Origin: Takakia lepidozioides
Lineage: Eukaryota; Plantae; Bryophyta
Assembly (NCBI GenBank): GCA_030704615.1
Contig: CM060731.1
Location: forward strand, 27,218,001-27,282,000
Length of the DNA stretch: 64,000 nucleotides
Direction of reading: 5' to 3'
A model generated the notes under the pieces. The model was not told the origin of the DNA. It worked only from the letters and a program-made list of their open reading frames with translations, and did not search any database. The translations under genes and the position numbers were made by a program. This document shows positions 50,500 to 62,510 of this stretch, piece by piece (within the stretch, counting starts at the first letter, position 1; each line of letters starts with the position of its first letter).

Positions 50500-51460
50500 A
50501 GCTAGAGCCAAGCTGATAATCCAGGTCAAGCAATTGAGATCCATTGCTTGCCCCAACACTTGACGACGTGATGCCTCAGAAAGAGACGACACCGCCGTGG
50601 TACCAGTGGTAAAACCCATTGCCCGCTCACGCTCGTCAGCATTAGGCTCCACTAACTGCTGCAACTGAGCATCCCACAGGAGGCCAGGTCCACTATCCCG
50701 GAAAGCATGCGATCCTGGGAAGCTGAGCAGTGTAGGTAATGCTGCTCGTGGTTGACCCACCTTGTTGACCACTGCCAAAGGCGAACGGTCATCGTGTCTC
50801 ACACGTTGAGACTGCCTCCCTGTGTCCAGAATGTTATCCACTGTGAGATGTGCTGGCCGCTGCACCCCATCAAATGCACGCTTGAGCAGTGCGGGTGGCA
50901 TCATGTTAGTCCACCATAGCCGTGGACGATGAGCCCGTGACCCCACTGTAGCTGCATCTAGCAACACTGCTGACCCAAGCCACGACCGGACTTGATGCAC
51001 ACTGGCCATCACCCTGGCCCGAGAATCGCCCATCAGTGGCACATTCTCCAAGATGTATGCTGGAGATACAGCTTGATGAAGCTGCAAGTGGCGCAAAACC
51101 CGCACCATCTCCCAAAACAGACCCGACCTCGAGTCTCGCAATCCATTGCCATGCCCGGCTGATGAATGCCCTTGGCAGGCCAACCTGCCACTACCAGATC
51201 AATGGAGCCAAGCTCCAAATCCTGCGCCCCCAGCAACGAAATGTCTGCTGGCAAGGCCTGCTGATATCCACGAATTGCAGACACCGACAACAACTCAGGG
51301 TACCGCTGCACCAACTGAGCAACATGGCGAAGTGAAACGCGTCGTGCAGTCTCATCCCTCTCCACATACAGGTAACGCCGAACTCGTACACCTGCCTGTA
51401 ACACAGCAGCCAATCCGGTGCTGATCCCGCCAAACAAGTCCAGAAGACAAATGCCTTCAT
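50500..51460 (-). pseudogene. DNMT3-like C5 cytosine methyltransferase domain inside the polyprotein
   Basis: LLDLFGGISTG, DLVVAGW(P)CQGHS (frameshift here), LFWEMVRVL, YILENV, AHRPRLWWTN, RRQVLGQAMD. Confidence 0.9.
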
Positions 51461-54350
51461 CCGGAGACTGCCACACAATAGGTGTGGTGTCCAATGGAGA
51501 CAATTGAGGTGGTCCTGGTGCAATCCCCACACTCTCCTCCTCTCCTGACGGTACAAAAGCCTCCACCCAGGCTTGTTGCACCCGTCGATCAGCATCCCGC
51601 TGCAAATCCTTGCTCGTGCCCCACAATGGAGTCTGAGCAACCATGGTAGGCAACTCCGCCATACCATACATGTCATCCTGCTCTCCCGGAGGTGGTACAT
51701 CCTCTGAATGAGCATTGCCCTCAAGCAACTCTCTAGGCCAACTCACTGCCGCTGTGAATGCTGCTAGTGTCGGCATCTTGCCTCGCTGGGCAACCGCAAC
51801 TCCTCCTATGAACGTCACAGGGAGCTGCACACGCCGGCCCTCCCCTGACTGCCATGCAGGCCTATAGGAAGCTGACTCCTCCCAAAAATCCAGGGTGAAG
51901 CCCATGGGGTACAACACTGCCCCACCAACCAGGACATCGTATGAGACTGCGTCTGTCACAATGGCCTTGGCTCGCATCACTGAGCCATCTGTAGGGTGAT
52001 CCGGCCGTAGTCTGATAGCCAACTCAAGCCGTGTCATGCCCCGAGCCTGCTCCGATCCTCCCAGAGACGTCTGTATCTGGAAAGGACAAGGCTCCATATC
52101 CGCCTCCGTGAGGCCCAAGCCTGCAATAGCAGCTCTGCCCAGCATCAATGGCTGAGCTCCCGAGTCCAACAAGACCCGCAGTGGCCGGTACCTCTTGCCT
52201 GCCGGTCCACTCAAACAGAAAATGCCATCCTGGTTGTCTAACATGACAACTCCAGGTGTCACCATGGCGCGCTCAATGGCTGGCCTAGCTGGCAGCTCCA
52301 TCAACCTGGCAGCTGCAGCTTGCCATGGCGCCGCCGTGGCAGTCTTGACCCTCAAATCCGAGGATCCCCGGCACTACACCTCCCACTATCTCCGCAGAAG
52401 ATGAAGTAACCTCCCCACTCTCACAGAGTGTAGCTGCCAGCCTGAACACCTCAGCTGGTCTTACCCCCCCGCGTCGCAATCATGGTAGCCGAGAACAATG
52501 GAGCCTGGCACACAGATGTGCCGCTCCTAGCAGCACACTAGCTGCCGTAGCCTTGGCAACACTAGGTAGTGGTGCTACCCGTGTAGCTCTCCCAATGGCA
52601 TAGTAACCTCCGCCTCGGTAACAGTCGGGCGAGAACTAGGTGCCATGGATGGCGTCGACACTGTCTCCGCCAATGTGAATGACTGAGGAAGCCTAGCCTG
52701 ACGGCTTGCCTCCCCACGCTGTGGATCCAACTCCACCTCTGCACCTCGTGGCTCAGGAACTCGTGCTGCTCCTCGAGTCACGGCTGCAGCAGACTCCACC
52801 TGCACTAGTGGTAGTGCTGCTCCACACATGAATCCCATGCCTCCCATATCTCCTCCCTCAGGAGCAGGAGGTGGACCATCCGGCCTTAGAGCCGGTACCA
52901 CCTGAGCTGTAGCCATGGCAGCGAGCCTCTGCTCTAGCTGCTGAAGCCGGTTGGCCATGCCTTGGTCAACACCCTGACCTCCGCGTCCTTGGCCACGTTG
53001 AGCTTGCCCTTGGCCTGCGTGGCTGGCCACCTCGTCCTCTCTGGGCTGCTCCACCTCGCCCCCGCCACCATTGTTCCCTTGGAACTGGCCTGGGCGCAAC
53101 TCAGGATGCAAACCATAACACTGGGCCTCTCCATGCCCGTGCTTGCCACAATGCCCACACTGCAACTGTGCAGGCTGTGCATGTGCCGGCCCTTTGCCTC
53201 CCTCTGGGCAATCCTTCTTGACATGGGGTCCTCCACATGTCCAGCACACCACATCCGCCCGTTGTTGGCCAGCAAATGAAGGGAGAGACCCCTGCATCTG
53301 AGGTCCTCTCTGCCCTTCCCTGAGCTTCACCTGAGCCCCCTTGTTGCCTTGAGCACGTTGAGGTAGTGGTTGGCTAGGAGCACCACTACCCCGTGGTGTC
53401 TCCTTAGCAAATCCCACCATGACCACTCCTCCTCCACCATGTTGAGCTCTATCCGCTCTGCCAGCAAAAACACATTTGCTAAGGTGGGTTGGGCCGCTTG
53501 TAGGAGAGTTGCATCCCGCACCCTTCTCCTCAGCTCCTTGTCCAATATCCATACCAGAATTGGACTGCCTGAGCTTCCGTAACCCCTTGGGTTACATTTA
53601 TCAAGCGCCTCATGCGAGTGAAAGCCTCCCTCAAGCTCTCGGTCGGCTTCCGTTGGAACTCTTGCAAGCTCCGCAACTTCTCTGTCCTCACCCCTTGGTA
53701 GTTCCCTCTCAACTCTTCGAAGAACTCCACAACAGGGTTGAAGGCAGGCACGGTGCTAGTGCTGGTGCGGTAGTGGCTTGGGTGGACGTCGTAGCTACTG
53801 TACCACCAGTCCCACTGCTGCTTGCTGCTGCTGCCGGTGCAGCGGCAGGTGTAGCCACTGCCCTCGTGGCTCTAGTGCCCCTAGTGATGGAGACATAGTC
53901 GGGTGACCAGTACATCCTCCACTCCTCGATCTCAACCTCATGCCCCCGCCTGAACTCATGGTAATCATCCATAGGCGGCCCCTCAAGGTGCTGAAACAGC
54001 CCTTCCATGCCATGAAAGGCGTAAATAGTTGTGGATTGCGCATTTGCTGCAAATCACACCAACTATCAAACTCTTGGATAAAATCATCCAACTCGATGGT
54101 GCCCACCGCCCCAGAGTACCTTCGTGGCCCCTTGGTAGCTCCATACATCTCCTCCATTGTGTCCCACAACAATGGCAAAGAAACAACTTGCACCCGCCGG
54201 TATGAGTCCTCCTGATTCACAATCCGAATCAGAACCTTCCGTAAGACACAGGAGGTGAAGGTGGCCTAAACCGCACACCTCGTCTCGTGTACCCACTAGT
54301 ATCGCTAGTGCTCGAACCGGCACTGTCCCCAGCAACTAGTGGCACCTCCG
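51461..54350 (-). pseudogene. Family B copy 2 gag (two zinc knuckles) and aspartic protease
   Basis: CWTCGGPHVKKDC, CGHCGKHGHGEAQC, VLLDSGA; protease in the same ORF as MTase motif I. Confidence 0.85.
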
Positions 54351-55089
54351 TGTTGACACTCAACCGGTCATGAACATGTCCCTAACCCCCTCTCCACAAG
54401 GTAACCGGGTAGAGAACCTGTTGCGGCTTATGGTTTGGAATACTAAGTTCCTAACATAGCCTACACCTGTACCTGCATCCACCGCAAGCACTCCTATGGT
54501 TGGCTGGTCATCACCTCCAACCTCACCACAGGAGAAACAATGATGGTCTGGCTGGTCATCACCCAGCCTCACCATCGACAGCATGCTCTAGGACTGGCCG
54601 GTGATCCGGACCAATCACCTATAAAACAAGCGCCCACACAAAACTAGCATGGCGCACAGTCAAGCATGCAGGTATGGAGGGGATCCAAACACAAGAAATC
54701 AGACGACAACTCCCCACACCAAAACAACTCCACGGTGTTGCTCCTGCAAGGACACCCCAGCCCAAACCCGGACTGACTCTTGCCTCCACCTACGGAAAGG
54801 TCTTGGCCTAATGAGAGGGTGGAACTACGAGGAAGAGAAGCTAAAGCAATGCCTAACCCCAGCATGCCCTCATCCCAACACTCTTCCTCTCCTCTCTTCC
54901 CTCACTTTGCATGACCATGGGAATATCATGAAGATACTCCTCAACCGCCCTCCACGAGCTTCAAAATTCGGCCTTCCAGACCACATGCCAGTCCTTAGGC
55001 AGTCCACCAGTGCCTCCACAGTCAGCACAGGCCGTCCACAGGTCAACACGGGACCAGCACAGGCCACACACACCAGCACAGGCCCACAC

Positions 55090-56095
55090 CTCACTGTCAC
55101 AGCCGTCACAGTCCCACAGGCCATCAGGCACGGCCTTCACAGCCCCTCACAGCCTCAAAGGCCTCAGGCACGGCCTGTCACAGCCCCTCACAGCCCGTCA
55201 CAGCCCCAAAGGCCATGGGCACGGCCTGTCACAGCCCCTCACAGCCCGTCACAGCCCCAAAGGCCACTGTCACAGCCCCTCACAGCCCGTCACAGCGCGC
55301 CACAGCCTGACACAGCCCGTCACAGCCCCACAGGCACAGGGCACAGCCTGTCACAGCTCGCCACAGCCTGTCACAGCCCCTCATAGCCCGTCACAGCTTG
55401 CCACAGCCTGTCACAGCCTGTCACAGCCCCTCACAGCCCCTCACAGCCTCAAAGGCCTCGGGCACGGCCTGTCACAGCCCCTCACAGCCCGTCACAGCCT
55501 CAAAGGCCATGGGCACGGCCTGTCACAGCCCCTCACAGCCCGTCACAGCCTCAAAGGCCTCAGGCATGGCCTGTCACAGCCCCTCACAGCCCATCACAGC
55601 CCCAAAGGCCATGGGCACAGCCTGTCACAGCCCGTCACAGCCCCACAGGCCTCAGGGCACAGCCTGTCACAGCCCCGCACAGCCCGTCACAGCCCCAAAG
55701 GCCACTGGGCACAGCCTGTCACAGCCCCTCACAGCCCGTCACAGCCTCAAAGGCCTCAGGCACGGCCTGTCACAGCCCCTCACAGCCCGTCACAGCCTCA
55801 AAGGCCATGGGCACGGCCTGTCACAGCCCGTCACAGCCCCAAAGGCCACTGGGCACAGCCTGTCACAGCCCCGCACAGCCCGTCACAGCTCGCCACAGCC
55901 TGACACAGCCCGTCACAGCCCACAGGGCACAGGGCACAGCCTGTCACAGCTCGCCACAGCCTGTCACAGCCCCTCATAGCCCGTCACAGCTTGGGCACAG
56001 CCTGTCACAGCCATCACAGCCCATCACAGCCTGTCACAGCTTGCCACAGCCTGTCACAGCCCCACAGGCCACAGGGCACAGCCCGTCACAGCCCC
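55090..56095. repeat. TGTCACAGCC minisatellite in the family B copy 2 leader
   Basis: About 1 kb of 10-11-bp units in higher-order repeats. Confidence 0.9.
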
Positions 56096-57632
56096 ATCCA
56101 TGGCCGCTCTGGCAGTTTAGCCATTTCTCCAAGGGGTTTAGCCACGCCAAGCTAGGGTTTGTGTCTCTTGGACTCTAGGCTTCTTTCCACCGAGCTATGG
56201 TGGCTGTGAGGAAAATCAGCAAGGTATCCTTGCTCTTTCGGCTCCCACACACCACCATAGTAGCCCTAAGCCATGAGGTGGTTGCCACAAACCAAGCCTT
56301 CTTTCTCACTTAGCCTCCCCAAACACGCCACTAAACTCAATGGCAAACAACCAAGCCCTTGCTGGTTCCCAGCCCTTGTGAGCACTCATTCAAGCACTCT
56401 CATTGGCCATAACATCTGTCTTAGAGCCTATTCCAGCCCTCTACACCTGTTGCTTCAAGAGTTGCGCTCCCTTCAAGCTTGAAGTTGAAACCCCAACTCA
56501 CATAGGCCCTACAAGTGCTTTTCTTTCACTCCAAGTGGAAACCAGCCCTAGACCTTCCGTTCTAGCTCTCTAAGGCTTGAAAACAAGAGCCTCAATGGGC
56601 TGAAGGCATGCTCCACACATGCCCCACTCTCACCATAAGAGAATCAGCTCCTTTGCTTCATTTCCTTGCACCCACAAACCTGAAAATACAAGCTTCAGCA
56701 GGCTGAAAGCATGCTCTACATGCCCTACAGGGAAACCAGCCCCTTCCTTCCTTCCTTGCACTCCCACACCTAAAAGTGCAAGCCTTCACCAGGCTGATAG
56801 CATGCTCCACACATACATTGCCCTCACATAAGGGAAGTCAGCCCTTCCCTCTTCCTTGCTTGCCCTCCAAGCTTGAAGATGGAAGCTTCAATGAGCTGAA
56901 TACATGCTCCACACATGCAACCTCTTCACACAAGAGATATCCCCCTATCTTGGCTCCTTGGCTCCTTGATGCTCTCTAAGACAAGACTAAGCACTCCACA
57001 GCCTTTGCCAAGCTCCTGAAACCCTAAGGCTTACATTTCCAGCCACAAGACACTTCTCTTGTGGTGCAAGAGCTCTTCTTCCAAGCTCTGAAACCCCAGG
57101 TGCACATTCCATGGCCTTGCCGCACCTCTTAGCTCCTGTTCCAGCCCTGCTCTTGCCATGACAAGAGCCCTCTCAATGCTGAAGCTCGAGATTGAAAACC
57201 CAATCTCACCATACTCCACAAAGTGCATTGATTTGCCCCAAGCCAAATCAGCCCTTTCGCTTGGTCTTGCAATCCTTCACACAATGAAAGCTCGCATTCC
57301 CAGGTCCAGTTCTCAGCTTTGCCACCAAAGCCACTATAACCTGCTCTTGACTGGTCATCTTCCCAATCGTGCTTGCTCATGCATGTACACAATCTGAAAC
57401 CATCAAGGTGCTCTGGAATTACCTGCAGCATGGTGCTTTCATCTCTGAAGCTGAAGATCGAATGCCAAGGTCTACCACCTCGTAACCCACATCGCCTCCG
57501 CTTCTAACAACCAAGAGCTCCATGGTGCTCCTTGCATAACAACTTGGTTTCTCTCAATCTCAAGCAAAAACCACAAGTGCTACAACTAACTCGTATCTAG
57601 CACTCATAGATACGAGCTCATCTTTCTCGAGT

Positions 57633-57958
57633 GATAAAGAAGATGAATACAAGCACAAGCTCATGCGAGCTCACAAAGCTGAAGCATAAACTCATGCATA
57701 TATAACCTCATCACTCAAATACAAGTCAAGCCAAGTGCACCCCACGCCATGGGGAATCCACAGTACGGCGCCATAGCTAGGCGCGGTGAGGCTCAACTCG
57801 AGAAAGATGAGCCTCCCGCGCTTGCCGTGAAGATAACCACTCCAGGGCCTAAATCTGCCTTGACCCCTGGATTGACACTTGGGCCAATCCCAAATGTCAA
57901 TATGTAAAAGCTAGCTATTTCCTAGCTAGTTTCACACTAGTGGTAAAATAACTTGACA
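57633..57958 (-). repeat. 5' terminal repeat A of family B copy 2
   Basis: Near-identical to 46309-46633. Confidence 0.92.
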
Positions 57959-57962
57959 TAGT

Positions 57963-58545
57963 TGTTTCATGATTTTCAATCAGAATGGAAAAGCGGTACC
58001 GCATTTACGTTCCACTGTCGCATACCGTACTTGTTGGATGGAAATGCGGCATCGTATTTCCGTTCTGGGGAGTATAAAGGCTTCCCCCGGACGGAAATGC
58101 GGTGCCGCATTTCCGTTGCACTCGTGCATGACTAAGATGCAAAACGGAAATGCGGCGCCGTATTTCCATCCAACAGCAATCGAAAGTAGCACACCGGACG
58201 GAAATGCGGAACCTCATTGCCGTCCACTAGATTCCATTGAAAGAGACCGGACGGAAATTCGGCACCGCATTTCCGTTCCTGCCTATCCAAAGTGTCATAG
58301 TTGATGAAAATGCGCTGTCGCAATTATTTTCTATCGTGTGTTCTTAGTCCCGTTGAACCTAAATGCGATACCGCATTTCCGTTCCACCATGGGCCTGCTT
58401 TTATAGTGGACTGAAATGTGGTACCGCATTTCCGTTGCACCAGTATTTTTGTTTCTTTGTTGACGGAAATGTGATGCCGCATTTCCGATAACAATCAACG
58501 AGAGGATGATGTCGAACTGAGATGCGGGACCACATTCCCATTCAG
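57963..58545. repeat. Palindromic repeat array, right block
   Basis: About 10 more copies at ~53-bp spacing; contiguous with the left block once 46118-57958 is removed. Confidence 0.88.
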
Positions 58546-58686
58546 CCATGTGCAATGGGTTGCATTGTTCCGAAACAACACAATTGCGGCCTGTCTTAAT
58601 GAGCACAACTTGGTTGTCTAACCGTTTTAACTAACAGTTCTGGCACTTGTCAGTGCGAATGTTTATGTCTGCACCGCGAATACTGG

Positions 58687-61600
58687 TTGATCCACCCTCA
58701 GGAGATGTTATTTCGTCGCCGAATCGGCCATCATTGTCATACTTACTGGATCTGGAATCACACCTCCCACCTTCATGCATGTAGCTTGAAACAATACTTT
58801 CCACTTCAATGTGCGACTTCCAATCGTCGATGGACTCCGCAGATCCACTTAGATGGTGCCTGTGAGCCTTGGTCTGTCACTATACTGAACCTCGCACTTG
58901 CCAACTTCGTGCGGTCTTTCGAATTCCTACGCTATAGTTGCTGTCCTCCGCAACTTGGGAGAGCCTGCATCCCAAACAAGGGAGGACTTTGCAGAGTGAC
59001 TGAAACTTACCTTTGTTCCAAATTCAAGCTCAAACCGGGCACAGTTTATTTGGAAGAAGAAAGGAAGGATGTTCCTGGACATGTTGACGAGACCATTGTC
59101 GTGCTAGGCAACGATAGAGGTTGCGGAATCGAATGGCACGTACGCCCATCAGACACCATCCTATACCAAGCTGTGGGAATGCCCATTCCCTTTCCGAATC
59201 AGTCGCTGCCCACACCATCCACAAAGGAGTCAGGAAACCGACAGGCGGCCACTGCCAACAGAGAGGTATGCAACGATAATCATTCCCGACCTGGACCGTC
59301 AAGACCCTCCATAGCTTCTCGTGTGGACGTATTCGACATTTCCGACGAGGAAGATGAATGCATTGAGGTCCCCATGTCCTCCACACGGTCGTTCAAATCC
59401 GACATGGACGTCTCTGCAGATACTACGCATGTACCCTCGAGCATAACTCCAACCCGGTCCATTGTGCAGCTCCTACGGCAACATCACCTCGATGGTTCTC
59501 GCTCCGAGCTAGTTGCTCTCGACTATGCCAAATTTCCAGTCAGGAAGGTAACGTATCTGCCTCCCGAAGTCGATGGCAATGTCATCTTCGAGTTTCCACC
59601 TGTTACTTCGTCAAACAAAGCCTCAGGGATGTTAACAAACATGGATCGAAAGCATGACGGACACCCCTGGTGTCTGACGAAGACCAGTAGCACGAAAATT
59701 GCTGATGGTGTTCGTGTACGATACGTCCTCTGTGCGGGGAAGCTGAGGTGCCTCAATCCCACCTGCTTCCACTTTCTCTCCAAAGGAGGGCGGAGAAACG
59801 AGATGGATTGGACTGGCACAACCCATCATCCATTCATTGTCTCCAGCCAAGCTCCTGCAGGTACTTTCAAGTGCGCACATTGCAAAGAACCACCGACGTG
59901 CATGTCCATGTGCAGAGCCAAGCAATATTACGTAATCCATTTGCTCCCAGACTTGACTAGAGCTTGCATACACGTTGGGGTCCACTACCACCCCTTGGCA
60001 AGAGGCAACATGCGTGAGGCTGTGCAGGAAGCACATGACATCATAAAAGAGGAGGTGAAATTGAGCCCCGGAGCCAGACCAAAGCAGATTCAGCTGAAGG
60101 CTGCCCACAAGATTGCTCTTGGCAAAATCATGTCTGAAGATGGTTCAGACCGAGTGCCCTTGAACGAAGAGGAGATGCTTGACCTGTTGGAGTTCGTCTC
60201 GCACGTTTGTAGTCCGAATGTGCGGAATCACATCGTATCTTGCAAGCAGGAGTTTGGCCGGGGGTCGGACATGCACTCAATCCTGGAGGTGAAATGAATG
60301 ACTGGATATGACTACATCCAAGGTAGCAGGTTTCCAGGGCAAGGCAACGAATCCGATCGTTGTTACATTTTTAAAATGTCGACGTGTGGGCCTGGGAGTG
60401 GAGTCGACTTGGTCACTCGCATGACAATTGGAAACTTGTCGAATGCTTGGGTGATGTTTGATCACATCAAGCGAATTACAAACCATCAATGGGTGACTAT
60501 GGGTGCACATGTTTATGACTATCACTCCAAGAGGCTCATGACGATTGCAATCTGCGAGATGAAAGGGGAGGACACACAGTCGGAGATGCATCTGTGGGAG
60601 GGCATAAACGAGCAGATGGCAAGGGCGGGTTTGCTAGAGCCCAATTTTAGGGGATTCATGGCAGACAACGCTCAGGCCAACTGGGCAGCGGTGCGGCATG
60701 TGTACGGTGAGGACCCCAATGTTCCAATGGAGGGGAAAGAGAGATCCCGTGGATTCCATTGGATGCAGAGTCTATCTCACTACACTACCAAATTTGTTGC
60801 TAGCTCATTCCAGGCTGAACACCGTGTCCTTTGTACGGCGTGGAAGGATGCACCCACATTTGATGACGCGGAGGTTAAGTTTGCTATCATCGAGGCTTGG
60901 TGGAACACGTCAGGTGCAGTGGAGACAACCAATCTGGGAGCCTTGCACAGCTGGTTGGGGTGGTGGCATTTCCGGTATCGACAGTTCGGACAGTACATGC
61001 GGGAGGTATGATGCTGTCATTTTCGCGCAATTGTCTTTTTATTATAGACCTTTCCATTGGTTCCTCACCATTGTTTGTGTCCTTGTAAGAGCGCTGCTTG
61101 GATTCCGACACGGACATGCCAAACACGAATATGGCATAATCAATCCACTCCTCCTAGCGAGCGTCTTCTGCCGCACATCTGGTGGACGTAGTGACGGCCA
61201 CAACGGAGGACATCGACAGAGCAATCATGCAGCAAGCCACGTACTACAAGTTCCTGAGCGGGAAAGGCTTTGGGCCAGACAGGGAGGAATTGTTGGTACG
61301 AACAGCTTCAAGGTCGAAGAATCCACTGAAATGGGCGACAGCATTGCGAGAGAAGATCAAAGGGACGCCTCTGCACCGCAGAGGTGAACACCTAGAGGGG
61401 GACGTCCGCACTCGCCCTGTGAGGCGGAGGATTGAAGAGGAACCCGGCTGCGAAGAGGATTCCTGGAGATCCGACAGGAACATTCGGACAGCACCTCGAG
61501 GTCCCATCATGTTGCCGCACAATGTGTCTTCCAGCAGTGGAAGCCCAAGAAATTCCAAATCGCCATCGCCTTCAAGTGGGGATTCCGTGCGAGAAATTCC

Positions 61601-62510
61601 CACCGCTCGCTTGCCCCAGATTCCGCCCGCTGTTATGCAGTATGGGCAAGCCATTGTGGAGACGATTGTGTCTGCGTCACAGTGGAGAATTGCTCGTACA
61701 AAGCCGTCGTTTCGAGGCAGTTGTTCCGCAATTCGAGTGGATACACGGCAATGTTGTTTAGAGATGATAAGGAGGAATCCAGATGGGGCTGTCCCTGCTC
61801 CTACTTTTACAGGAAGATTTGTCCATGCAAAGTTTGCGGAGGCGACAACCACCCAGTTCTAGTTCTGCAGGCACGACAGTATGACTTGCGTGTATGGAAA
61901 GCCCAAGTATGGCATACAAACAATGCCAGAGGCTCCCCCGGTGTGGCCGGTGGAACCAGGCTGCGATCTGAGTCAGGTTGAGGCCGATGCCCTTACTGCC
62001 GCATGATTTGGGATGGTGCAGCGCACTGACGTCCCCAGACAACCATTTCCGCTTCCACAGCCTCCACCACCGACCCCTGTGAGAGCAAGAACAATGGGAG
62101 GCGACAGCTCTAAGCATCCTACACACCGTTGGGGGAAACCGAAGAGGCGGCGACCTCCCTCAAAAGTGAACGAGACAAGGATGGGGAATGCACTTCGGAT
62201 GAACTGTACAATCCAGAGCTCGACAGAAGTACCCTCACCAGGCTTCGGGCGTGTGTATCAAATGGCCACGACAGGCTCAGCTGTTCGCAATGAGGTGTAC
62301 ACCATCACCATTTCAGAATTACCCACCTGCAATTGCACCGACTTCCAGATCATGGCGAACAAGGGGGCATCATACTGCCCTTGCAAGCATCTGTACTACG
62401 TGTACCTATAGAGACTCCGGTGTAATTCCACAACTCATCACTTCATACATGCACCAGGGTTGAGCCCCCAAGAGGTGCACACTCTTCTGAATATGGATCC
62501 AAGGGACCAG
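58687..62510 (+). pseudogene. Mutator-like transposase gene: GCM/WRKY-like Zn domain, MULE DDE core, C-terminal SWIM finger; in-frame stops
   Basis: CAGKLRC..C..CAHC..C..GVHYHP; WVMFD..FMADNAQA..GFHW; CNCTDF..CKHLYY; stops at 60295 and 61860; probable intron from 61006. Confidence 0.8.

Larger units (their letters stand above)
46118..57958 (-). mobile_element. Family B copy 2: complete gypsy with Gag-PR-DNMT3-like MTase-RT-RH-IN-PHD and split (A...B-A-B) terminal repeats
   Basis: TG..CA termini, TSD TAGT (46114-46117 / 57959-57962) interrupting one array unit; repeat B at 46118-46307 and 46636-46824, repeat A at 46309-46633 and 57633-57958. Confidence 0.92.

Noticed and set aside
54649-56178. 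Long His/Ser/Pro/Thr-rich ORFs (also in family A LTRs)
   Set aside because: Stop-free reading of CACAGCC minisatellites
46118-57958. DIRS/Ngaro tyrosine-recombinase element
   Set aside because: Encodes a DDE integrase and protease, has a TSD and TG..CA ends, and no YR domain is visible
43920-58545. True CRISPR array
   Set aside because: Eukaryotic TE context, no cas genes, spacers recur in higher-order blocks; kept as a repeat finding
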